From assembly GCA_951406725.2 (NCBI GenBank), contig OX597832.1, positions 29,450,001 to 29,514,000 of the forward strand: a stretch of DNA of 64,000 bases, read 5' to 3'. A program made the position numbers and the translations under genes. Origin of the DNA: Octopus vulgaris (lineage: Eukaryota). Of the stretch, positions 50,851 through 62,425 are shown piece after piece. The notes under the pieces were generated by a model, which saw only the letters and a list, made by a program, of their open reading frames with translations, was not told where the DNA came from and did no database searches. The stretch's first letter is position 1, and each line of letters starts with the position of its first letter.

Positions 50851-51971
50851 GTTAATTATCATGGTTAATTATGATAATTATTTGTAATATCACTGATGAA
50901 TTATAATGGTTATCAGTAATCAATACTGCAGATGATGAGAGGAATTTCCGAAAAATCAAAAGAGACGTTTAAAAACAACGAAGTAAGAATAATTGTGGCA
51001 GCTTCTAATTATATAATACTGAGTTAGTGATAACAGCAACAACACCATCACTGCCGCCGATGCTGACGACAAGAAGTCTTTACTGTTTTGAAACCAGAGA
51101 TGACCATCCCTGGTATGTATAATCACTAAACTCTAGACACAAAGGTTACAAGGCAAAAGGTTTGTCTATTCAATCAACCGCATTATATTACTGGTATTTA
51201 TTTTAAAGAAAGGCTAAGCTGGTTCCAGTGATATCTAAACTTTACATCAAGAGAAGCTGAAATTAAATATGGTGTAACATTTAGTTGAGAATTCCTGCCA
51301 CAGTCCTTTCTGATGATGCGTCTCTGATAAAAGTCAAACAAGATAACCATATTGTCACAATGGAAAAAACAAACCCCAAGAAATGGTTGAGATTCATAAA
51401 TGGAATACATGCGAAATATGATAATAATAACAAAAGACATGAAACTAGCACCAAACCTAAAATATAATGTAAATAACTGAACAAGAATACTGTAAGGAAT
51501 ATCAACAACATTTTGTCGAGATAACAGCTCAGAGACATTTTCAGAATATCTTGGAGAAAACAGGAAATTTAACAATTCAGCATTAAACAGATTTTTATTG
51601 GGTTTTATTTCAGAAACAAAATAGAAGATTTAAATATTCTATTTGGAATCAAGATAAAAACCAGATAAGAAAGATACCATTTATTGTGAAGACTGTTCAA
51701 TAGGGAACTCTCTCTCTCTCTTTGTCTCTCTCTCTCTGTGAGTGTGTGTGTGTGTATATATATATGTAGCTGTTGATTTTTATCTCATTCACCGTTCTTT
51801 GATTCTTTATTAGAATCTTTAGTCACGCTGATCAGAGACCAGTGTCATTTATAGATATTTTTGAGAAAAGTTATAAAAATTTCCAAATAAAATCTTTGCA
51901 AATATATTTGCCTGGAAAAAAACTTCAATGGTCGGACGTTTATATATATATGTATAAATCATCATCATCAT

Positions 51972-52201
51972 TTAACCCTTTTGTTACCAACCCGGCTGAA
52001 ACTACTTCTGGCTCTGTAGTACAAATGTCTTGTTTTCATAAGTTTTGAATTAAAATCTTCCACCAAACCTTAGTCACAATTTATGTTCCTAACACTAGCT
52101 TAATGGTAACTAAGTTATTTTACAAAATTCTTTGTTATATTTAAAATTAATCGAAAGAAACACAGAGCATCTCAGCAGAAATCCAGTAACGAAAGGGTTA
52201 A
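51972..52201 (+). mobile_element. piggyBac-like MITE inserted at the TTAA in a family-C tail (host about 51959-52365, minus)
   Basis: catcatcat-ttaa|cccttttgttac...gtaacgaaaggg|ttaa-tatctgttttgcctgctggcatgg. Confidence 0.9.
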
Positions 52202-52647
52202 TATCTGTTTTGCCTGCTGGCATGGATTGGATGATTTGATAGGAGCTGGCAAGGTTGGAGAGGCACACCAGGCACCAATTGTTTGTTTTGGTATGGTTCC
52301 TATGGCTGGATGCCCTTCCTAATGCCAACCCCTTTACAGGGTGCCTTTTACATGGCACCAGTACATGTATGCGTGTGTCTCTCTGTATTCACATCTTGAC
52401 ACATGATGTGGTAATTGTCGACAAACGCCATCATCACATAAGTTGTGTGGGTCATTTTCAAGCTGCCATGAAATCGTGTACAGCCATTGAACTGTCCATG
52501 ATTTCATGGAACCATGGGAAATATTACCTTGCTTGGAAATAGGAAACAAATAAAGGCTGACAACAGGAAGGACATCTGGCTGCAGAAAATCTGCTTCAAT
52601 GAATTTTTTTTTACCCCTGCCAGCATGGAAAGGGTAAAAAAAAAAAT

Positions 52648-53490
52648 GGTAAAGACCCCCTTCAGTCATGAATGAACATGGGATGCAACTAGAAAGTTCC
52701 CCTTCTTATTTCTTTATTGCCCACAAGGAGCTAAACATAAAGGGGACAAACAAGGACAGACAAAGGGATTAAGTCGATTAGATCGACCCCAGTCCATAAC
52801 TGGTACTTAATTTATCGACCCCCGAAAGGATGAAAGGCAAAGTCGACCTTGGCGGAATTTGAACTCAGAACATAAAGACAGACAAAATACTGCTAGGCAT
52901 TTCACCTGGCATGCTAACATTTCTGCCACTTGCTGTGTTTAACACATCTTTAATGATTCATTACAATTATTTTTGTACCAACTCCGTTTGCAACACCAGT
53001 TTATGTGAAAATTCAGTGAAAATTTATGCAATGTTTGTGGTTTTAGACTTTAGAGTGGTGGACAAACAAGGACAGACAAAGGGATTAAGTCTATTAGATC
53101 GACCCCGGTGCATAACTGGTACTTAATTTATTGACCCCGAAAGGATGAAAGGAAAAGTCGACCTGGGCGGAATTTGAACTCAGGACGTAGCAACTAGAAA
53201 GTTCCCCTTCAAGGCACAAGTCTGGACAAGGTTCTTTATGGAAGACCAATTGCCTATGCATACCAGCCTCCCCCCACAACACCACCACCAATGTTATCCA
53301 AGAGTAAAGCAATGGCTGTTGCAGTTTGGCACCAGAGACGTCGCAACTAATTTCTTCAGCTGAGTGAACTGGAGCAACGTGAAATAAAGTGGCTTGCTCA
53401 AGAATACAATATACTGCTTGGTCTGGGAATTGAACTGACAACCTCATGATTGTGAACCCAACACACTAACCACTGAGTCAGGCACCTTCA
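52648..53490 (-). mobile_element. SINE family D interrupted by a composite family-B insert (52706-53189)
   Basis: D tail at 52648-52705 and D body at 53190-53490; 21-bp direct repeat gcaactagaaagttccccttc at 52685-52705 and 53190-53210. Confidence 0.9.
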
Positions 53491-54741
53491 CATCAGCATG
53501 GAAAAGTAGACCTAAAAACTATGATGATGATGATGAGGAATAGGACAATATATAGTTTAGATGCTTCTGAAATCTGACCCAACATCTTTGGCATTACAGA
53601 TGCTTTTTATAATTAACCAATGATATTAGAGACAACCATTATAATGAACCAATACACTTACAGATAATTCATAATTAAGCAATGATATTAAACAGTTAAC
53701 GATCACTTATTTTTCCCCATGACCTCCTCGGCCTTTATTGCTGTCCATCATTATTTTCCCCTCCTCACGCTCGTGCAACATTCACCCATACTTCTCAAGT
53801 TCCCTTTTCAGACACGTTACCTTGAGGATATGGATATGTCTGATATGTTGACACATTCTAAGGTTGTAAGGACAGCTGAGTGACACAAGGCCACCCTTGC
53901 CAAAGCCAGTGATAAACAGAACCCAGCATGTTTTAAAGGGGTTAGAGGTTGAACAGAGGCTCAAGAAGACCCTTTAGATTTCTTGAGGACATAGAGGTGG
54001 GGAGAGAATGACAAAAGATTTAAGGAGAGATTCAATGTATAGAAAGAAAGGAACAGTAACAAGAGAGGGAGAGTCGCAAGGGGAGGAGAGAGAGGAGAGA
54101 GAAGTTATCAGAGATGGAGAAAGAGGGGGGAGAGCTACCATGGACAAAGAGAGAGGAGGTTGTTACCGGAGACAGACAGAAAGTATGAGACAGTGGAAAG
54201 AGCATATTAGAGAGAGGGGAGAGTGTATTAGAGAGAGTATTAGATAGAGACAGAGAGACAAAGGAGGAGAGTATTAGAGAGAGAGCTATCATTGGTTATT
54301 ACAGACTTGAACTATTTTGACGACCATGTCTGTCAATAAAATATAAATAGAGAGACAAATGCCATAATAGAGATTCTTTATGAAGAGCCAATGTTTTAGG
54401 AAATTCTAGAGTTTGTTTGCTAAATGCGCAAATTATGTAAAGCCAAAAATACTAAACACTGGGACTATTGTGGAAGTGGAGTTCACAAGCATAATTAACC
54501 CACTCGTTAAGATGTCGGTTTAATTAGTCAAACATGTTTATTTCTGTCACTTTATCAGTGATGCACTGTATATTTCCTGCAATTAGCACAGTCCACCAAG
54601 CAGTACATTAGTAAAATGTGGAGGTAAGGTCCATCCTAAATACATCCTAACACCTACCAACAACTGGACAGGATTCAATTTTGTCGGTAAAGATGTTGTT
54701 TAGGGAACCGGGAGGAAGGGCGTTAATGAAGGAGAAACCAT

Positions 54742-55031
54742 GGTAAATATTTTGAGTAACACCCACAAGATTTTCACTAAGAAAAAAAAACTCAGATTTT
54801 TTTTTGTGTGGCATCAAGTACCCTAACCTTTGCAGCATATTAATGCTGCAAATCCCTTATCTTTGTTCGGAAAAGGATGGGGGGAACCCCCGTCGTCCCT
54901 TCTCCCTTTTTCTGAAGCAAAATAAGGGATTTGCAGCATATTAGGAGGTCAGGGTACTCGATTCCACACAAAAAAATCTGTGTTTTTTTTTCTTAGTGAA
55001 AATCATGCAGGTGTTACTCAAAAAATTTACC
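54742..55031. mobile_element. ~290-bp foldback / MITE-like inverted repeat
   Basis: ggtaaatattttgagtaacacc...gattttcactaagaaaaaaaaa...atgctgcaaatcccttat pairs with ataagggatttgcagcat...ttttttttcttagtgaaaatc...ggtgttactcaaaaaatttacc. Confidence 0.85.
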
Positions 55032-55484
55032 GAAACCTCCAAACTTCCATCAGCAAAAACTGAATAGTCATTAAATTAGAGACTTTATTTCTAAAAGCTC
55101 TAAATCTTAAGGCATCACATCCCTCAATAAATAAGGGATAGCCACAGACAGGACATTGACCAAACATATAAGATTGTTTGTGGTATAAATGTGTACAATT
55201 CCTGACCACAAGATCTGTGGTAAACATACAACTTTAACAAGAACCACACCTATTCCAAATATCAAACAGATTGCTTCTATCAAAAACAGAAGTTATGATG
55301 TAAATGAAATAATGTCATAAATGACTGAGAGAATAATGGAATGGGCCACAGGTAGGTTAGTTGTGAGTTCAAATCCATTAATGGTACTGGAGGTACTTAG
55401 ATCTTATTTTTTCAGATTCAGTTCACTTAATTGTCCGGAATAAGTTACCAGAGATTCATCATCATCATCATCTTAATAGTTTAA

Positions 55485-55812
55485 CGTAGGAGTGGTTGTG
55501 TGACAAGTAGCTTGCTTATGAGCCACATGGTTCTGGGTTCAGTCCCACTGCATGGCACCTTGGGCAAGTGTCTTCTACTATAGCCTCGGGCCAACCAAAG
55601 CCTTGTGAGTGGATTTGGTAGACGGAAACTGAAAGAAGCCCGTCGTATACATGTATATATATATATATATGTATGAATGTGTATGTATATGTTTGTGTGT
55701 CTGTGTTTGTACCCCCCCCCCCAACATCGCTTGACAACCGATGCTGGTGTGTTTAGGTCCCCGTAACTTAGCGGTTCGGCAAAAGGAACCGATAGAATAA
55801 GTACTAGGCTTA
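55485..55812 (+). mobile_element. SINE family A, lacking its 3' tail
   Basis: Colinear with the A consensus up to agtactaggctta. Confidence 0.88.
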
Positions 55813-56384
55813 GTACCATGCCAGCATGGAAAAAGGGATGTTGATGGTGACCTGGATACGTTTCCCCTGTCATTCAGACCAGACAATCTACAGAATTGGT
55901 AGAAAGCAAAGTAAATGAAAGCACCACCAACATTGTTTTTGATATTGACAAACAAAACGACAGCAGTTTCACCATCTCCACCACCACAACCACTATTGTT
56001 ATTACTATCTAAAGACACAATTTTTCTGTTTTACTATTTTCCCCCATTTTATGATAAATCAAGAGGAACTCTGTTCTCAGACAGACCGTCTCAGAAATTG
56101 CTAAAGTAAGCAGCAAGAACAACCAACACCCAATTCCGATATCCCCTTGGTTTTTTTCTTTCTTTTTTTTTGCTTCTAATTTCTAATTTTATTTTTTTCC
56201 TTTCTCGGTTAAATTTGAAACCGAGTGTGGGTCCTGTTTCGGTGCTGGAAGAAGAGAACAGAGTTTACCATTTAGAAAAAAAAGAAAAGGAAAAAACTGA
56301 AGTTCCTTGAAGGAGTGTACTTTTGGTAAAGACATATAAATAAGTCAAAGAGAGAAGAAGAGAATTTGGAAATCGAATCTTTGG

Positions 56385-56650
56385 GTTCATCATGTGTCAT
56401 TAACACATGACAATAGCAGTGAATGTAGTAAATGTGGATTGGTGACGTGTCATTGAAACATGTGGCAAAAATGTTTGTACTCAATATGTCATCGACGTTT
56501 ATCAACATGTCGGCTGCATGTGGTATTAACGTGCCATCAACATGTGATGTTTTGTCAAAGTGTCGTATAAACATATATCATCAACATGTATTATAATGTA
56601 CAGTTGCCATTTATCGCCATGTATCATCCACATGTGCTGTCAACACATGC
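56385..56650. repeat. Degenerate short-period repeat rich in catcaacatgtg / acatgt
   Basis: Recurrent (tc)atcaacatgt variants. Confidence 0.55.
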
Positions 56651-58059
56651 GGTGAAGCGTTGGAGAGGAATGGGGAGAATAGTGATGCGAAGAAACGAAT
56701 CGATAAAAAAGGAATGATGGAGTTGTCGAAGAAAGAAATGCATCTGGGAAATGACATTTCATGGAAATAAATAGACAAGATATACACACGCACACAACAT
56801 AATACACACACACAAATACACATAGCAAATACATATACACACACACACAAATAAACACACATACAAACCCCATGTATATATCAGTTGCTAATCAATTAAG
56901 TTTGTTGATGTTATTTTGTCATTTTGTTTTTTTCTGCATTTTTTTTCCTTGTTTCTGTGTGAAGACCTAATTATAGACCAAGGACACATTCCATGCAGAT
57001 TCTGAGAAAGTGGAACTGATGGAGGAGATAAGTCTAACAGAATCTCCTATTTACCATTCCGCTGATCTTCTCACAGCAGTTGACCCTTACACTTTACTGC
57101 AAGTCAGCCAGAATAATTGGTGTCGTCATTAAAAAGCCAGAGAGCCGAGGCAGCAGAGAAGCAGCGTTGCTAGGAGCTAAGTCTAGCTTGGACAAGGCAA
57201 TGTGCAGTGACATCAAGGAATCTGCTTGAATGCCGAGATAACCAACGAACCGGTATGGGTTCAATTGATAGGCACAGCCAGTTGTTTATCAGAAAATTTC
57301 TAGAACATTCACCATGTTTGATGAAATCGGCTGAATAAAAACATAAATGTTTAATGCGATGTTTGCGACCGACTAATGACATTCTGTTCTAAGATGGTGG
57401 CGATGGTGGGGGTGGGGGTGGGGTGGGAGTGATAGTAGAGATGGTAGCAGTGGTAATAGTGATGGTGGTGGTGATACTGAGCAGCAAAAAAGTTACTATT
57501 TCAATGTATTTGAAGAACACAATGGAGCTTCTAGTAGAGTGAGATGAAGTAAGATAGTTTAGTAATAGAGTAGTGTGTAGTGTACGGTAGCAGAGTGTAA
57601 TTTAATAGAGTCTAGTAATACCGCAAAGGTATGGAATACAAAATAAAGTGTGGTGTTTGCGAAGATTAAGTCATAGACAAGATGGACATAGCCATTTGGT
57701 CATGAGCACAAGTCTTACTGCAGCATTTGTATTGTATGTGTTGGTTAGTTATATCGAGAGGATACAAAAAATGAAAGTGTGGTTAGGGATGAACAATTAG
57801 TTCAGAGAGTATGAGGGGGCGGATACGACGACGAAGAAGAAGAAAAAGAAAAACAATGTCTGGAAGATGCACCATGTGAAAGTGCACCTTTGATGCAAGT
57901 CTGATGAAGTGCTACTACAATGTCTAAAACTGCAAACATTATGTAAATTTTCACTTCAAATATTTGCGTAAACTGGCAGAGTTTACAAACAAAGTTTCTA
58001 TCAAGAAATCATTAACGAAGTGTTGAAGAATTTCTTTGTCTTATTATTATTATTTGGAT

Positions 58060-58310
58060 CATACATACATATAATACATACATACAGACATACATTACCT
58101 ATACACATACGCACAGATATATATATTTCTATATATGTATACATATATACACAAACACATACATATATATTTCTATATATGTATACACACACACACATAT
58201 ATATTTCTATATATGTATACACACACACACATATATTTCTATATATGTATACATATACACACACACACACATATATTTCTATATACATATATATATATAT
58301 ATATAGATAG

Positions 58311-58357
<47 letters not shown>

Positions 58358-58460
58358 AATTGAGATAGGGGTTGTAAATGCAACCCTATCTGATAATTGA
58401 TATTTGATTTAGATGTATTTCTCCATTTTCTTATCTTGTATGTATATATATATATATATG

Positions 58461-58494
<34 letters not shown>

Positions 58495-58577
58495 TATACA
58501 AATATATATATATAAATGGTGGTGCCCCAGCATGGCCACAGCTTGTGAGCTGAAACTAAATAAAATTAAAAAATAAG

Positions 58578-58615
<38 letters not shown>
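58060..58615. repeat. (TA)/(CA) arrays with tttctatatatgtatac subunits, an embedded hairpin island and a SINE-A tail fragment
   Basis: Direct inspection; A-tail ggtggtgccccagcatggccacag at about 58518-58560. Confidence 0.85.
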
Positions 58616-58617
<2 letters not shown>

Positions 58618-59300
58618 TAAGTGAATGTGCTTGTGTTAAGGTACACTTATACATGTCTACAGATACATATCACAAAAAAAAGTTTCAATTTTATTTTACA
58701 GATGGTTTTCATTTTCAACTGCTTCCATCTCAAACGTCATGCAGAGCTGTAAGAGGTGAGGTGGGTGAGTGGGGGTTGGGGTACCCTCCGAGCCCCCTCC
58801 CCCACCACCACACACATACACTTCTTTCACAGACCAAAATAGAACGCCCTCCCTCCTTCCACCCACACAGCCTCTCCATCCTCTGAGCTCATCTTTTTGA
58901 TGTACAACTGTAATTTAACTGTCTCCACCACCACCACCACCATCTTGCCTACTTGATAACCAAGAATCGGTAACATGTAGAATACTGGATGACAATAGGA
59001 ATGAGGAGCCCCGGATGGGGGTGGCGGGGGTGGGGGGGAAGAAGGCAATGTCAAGTTTGATGGATAACAGATGTGGAATCGGCAGGTGATGAAAAGAAAC
59101 TGGAAGAATAGAGCAATGATGTTGATTAGGTGTCGTGGGTGGGTGGGTGGGTGGCTGGCAGTATAATTGAAGTGGAGACTCAACACCCAGGAGTCTACTC
59201 TAGGGCAGGTCTGGAGCCAATGATGAAAGAACATGTGTGGTCTCTCTGCATAATAGAAATAGCAGCCAAAGCACCCTTAAATAACACCCAACTGTCTTAA

Positions 59301-59643
59301 GTGAAGGGGCATGGCTTAGGTTAGAGCAGCATGCTCATGATCATGATGTGGTGAGTTCAATTCCCGGATCAGGCTGTGTTGTGTTCTTGAGCAAGACACT
59401 TTATTTTCATGTTGCCCCAGTTAACTCAGCTGTAGGAATGAGTTGTGACATCACTGGTGCCAAGCTGTATGAGCATTTGTCTTTCTCTTGGATAACATCA
59501 GTGGCAGTGTAAAGAGGGGAGCCTGGTATGCATGGGAGATTGCTGGTCTTCCACAAACAACCTTACCCGGCGGTGTACCTCAGAGGGGAACATTCTAGAT
59601 GCAATTCCATGGTCATTCTTGACCAAAAGTGGTCATTACCCTT
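59301..59643 (+). mobile_element. SINE family D inserted in a family-E repeat, 11-bp TSD
   Basis: TSD aactgtcttaa at 59290-59300 and 59644-59654. Confidence 0.9.
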
Positions 59644-59966
59644 AACTGTCTTAACCAAAAACAAACATCAGACAATGTTGCCCAAACGGTCACAACAAGA
59701 CTATCTACGATGATAAATGCACAGATCTGTTGAATCTGAGCTGACCAGAGGCTACTCAGAAAAGAAAAAAAACAACAACAACAATTGGTCATTACATTAC
59801 AAAGATGGCCAAATAATGAAATATAAGACACAAGTTGGTGATTCCTCTAATGGGGTCAGTTGTTGATAAACAAATACGGTTCAAATGAAGCAAACACTTT
59901 CAAATATGGAAGTGCACTATGCTCCCTCCACTTGTTTAGGTTTAATGCGAATAACTTGAACTACTA

Positions 59967-60372
59967 TAGGCGCAGTAGTGGCTGTGTGGTAAGTAGCTTG
60001 TTTACCAACCACATGGTTGCGGGTTCAGTCCCACTGCATGGCACCTTGGGCAAGTGTCTTCTACTATAGTCTCGGGCCGACCAAAGCCTTGTGAGTAGAT
60101 TTGGTAGACGGAAACTGAAAGAAGCCCGTCGTATATATGTATATATATATATGCGTGTGTGTGTGTGTTTGTGTGTCTGTGTTTGTCCCCCTAGCATTGC
60201 TTGACAACCGATGCTGGTGTGTTTACGTCCTCCGTAACTTAGCGGTTCGGCAAAAGAGACCGATAGAATAAGTACTGGGCTTACAAAAGAATAAGTCCCG
60301 GGGTCGAGTTGCTCGATTAAAGGCGGTGCTCCAGCACGGCCGCGGTCAAATGACTGAAACGAGTAAAAGAGA
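59967..60372 (+). mobile_element. SINE family A, full length, CpG-retaining (probably young)
   Basis: Complete head, core, microsatellite and tail; flanked by actacta on both sides. Confidence 0.92.
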
Positions 60373-61007
60373 GAGTAGAGAGTACTACTAAAAATGGCAG
60401 TACTGAAAAACACTGTCAGCCATGAGGATGTAAAGGAAATAATTTGATAAAGATCTCACTTCAATAGCAGGAGTTCAGAATCGGTGAATATGATAGCTTT
60501 GATATTCTGGATTGGATAAGAAAAGACCAATGACCAACAGGTAGGCACAGTATAAGGTTTACTACACTTAAATATCTTATCAATATCGATATTGATACAG
60601 ATAACTGTATCGACACCCATATGGAAATCAATACAGATACCAATATAGATATTTGTCTCATCAACAGAACTTCCATAACCTTCGGCATGTAACTATTACT
60701 GTTATCTAAATTCCTGCGAGAGAGCTCTGGTCCTCTCTTGGAAACCAGCTCCTACTTTCACTAGAATTCCAATAGGCTGCGGTTTACAGAGAGAAACTGA
60801 CCTCTGGCATCAACATGTGATACAGAGATAATAAGCTTGGTTCAATCATGGCAGGTACCTCAACAGTCGACTGAGCATGTCTTTGAGAAAAACAGATGCA
60901 CGGAGAAATGTTGATTTACAGATTTTTGAAACTTTTATCAAGAACTGAGAAACTGATAAGAAATAAAGATAATAATTCAGTTCATTATTATTATTATTAT
61001 TATTATT

Positions 61008-61180
61008 GTGGTGAGCTTAGCAGCATTTTGTCTGTCTTCCCGTTCTGAGTTCTGATTCCACTGAGGTCAAGTTATCCTTTCAGAGTTCATAAAATGAGTA
61101 CCGGTTGAGTACTGGGGTAGATGGAATCAACTTACCTCTCTCCCCCGCAATAGCTGGCCCTGTGCCAAAATTTGAAATCA
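61008..61180 (+). mobile_element. SINE family B variant, degraded
   Basis: gttctgagttctgattccactgaggtcaa...gagtactggggt...ccctgtgccaaaatttgaa. Confidence 0.7.
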
Positions 61181-61517
61181 TTATCTTATGATCATTCTGT
61201 TACTTAGCCCATTGATAATGCCATCATGTGATTAGAGAGAAAAAAAAAAGGGAGAGAGAAAAGTGGGAGAGAGAAGTGTCCTTGGCGTGAGGTAGGGGGG
61301 GAATGTAATTGTAATGCCTTCATGTGGTTAGTTGAAGGGAAAGAGAGGAAAAAGAAAAGGAGAAAAAGAGGATAAGGTGAAGAGCAAGACAGAAAGAAAA
61401 AGAGGAAGAGAGAAGCATCCATGATGTGAGGTAGGAGGAACGTAATATTCATTATGTGGTTAAAAAGGTTAGTTGAAGGTGATGATGATAAAGAAGAGGA
61501 GAGTTAAAAATATATAT

Positions 61518-61653
61518 AGTAGGAGTGGCTGTGTGGTAAGTAGCTTGCTTACCAACCACATGGTTCTGGGTTCAGACCCACTGTGCCTCGGGCCGGCCAA
61601 AGCCTTGTGAGTGGATTTGGCAGACGGAAACTGAAAGAAGCCTGTCGTATATA

Positions 61654-61708
<55 letters not shown>

Positions 61709-61920
61709 TTGTGTGTCTGTGTTTGTCCCCCTAGCATTGCTTGACAACCGATGCTGGTGTGTTTACGTCCCCGTCACTTAGCGGTTCGGCAAAAAGAGAC
61801 CGATAGAATAAGTTCTGGGCTTACAAAAGAATAAGTCCCGGGGTCGATTTGCTCGACTAAAGGCGGTGCTCCAGCATGGCCACAGTCAAATGACTCAAAC
61901 AAGTAAAAGAGTAAAAGAGA
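61518..61920 (+). mobile_element. SINE family A with a ~30-bp internal deletion of the CORE-like segment
   Basis: cccactgt|gcctcggg lacks the gcaccttgggcaagtgtcttctactata present in other copies. Confidence 0.9.
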
Positions 61921-62274
61921 GGAGTGATGTTCTGTTGGTAAAGTAGAGAGAGAGAGAGGAGAAGAGAGAGATGATAGAGAGAGAGAGATGATAGAGAGAG
62001 AGAGATGATAGAGAGAGAGAGATGATAGAGAGAGAGAGGGGAAGAGAGATGATGATGGTGGTGGTGGTGACTGAATAGTGAAAAGTGTATTTTTTTTTAA
62101 CTTAATTGAGTCTTTTTATATCACCTGTCACTTAACAAGAGCACTAGTGAGATATATGAGATGATGAAGATTGGCAATGACAAGTCCCTTAACCCCTTGG
62201 GGGTTGTTGAGGTGTTGCAGACATGCAGCGTATCTAGGGCGAGAAAGCCTGGTGGAGCCCATCGCTCTCCAGGC

Positions 62275-62425
62275 TAAACACATTTTCACAGCTGAGTGGA
62301 CTGGAGCCACATGAAGTGAAGTGTTTTGCTCAAGAACACAATGTGTCACCCGGTCCAGGAATCGAAACCACAATTTTATGATCATGAGTCCAACACCCCT
62401 AACCACAAAGCCACGTGCCTCCACG
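62275..62425 (-). mobile_element. SINE family D-related head and core fragment
   Basis: cagctgagtggactggagc...gctcaagaacacaa...ggaatcgaacc...ctaaccac. Confidence 0.75.

Noticed and set aside
51285-51467. ORF with KTNPKKWLRFIN, suggestive of a PR/SET NW.R.IN motif or a LINE linker
   Set aside because: Too short a match, no flanking motifs and no convincing splice sites.
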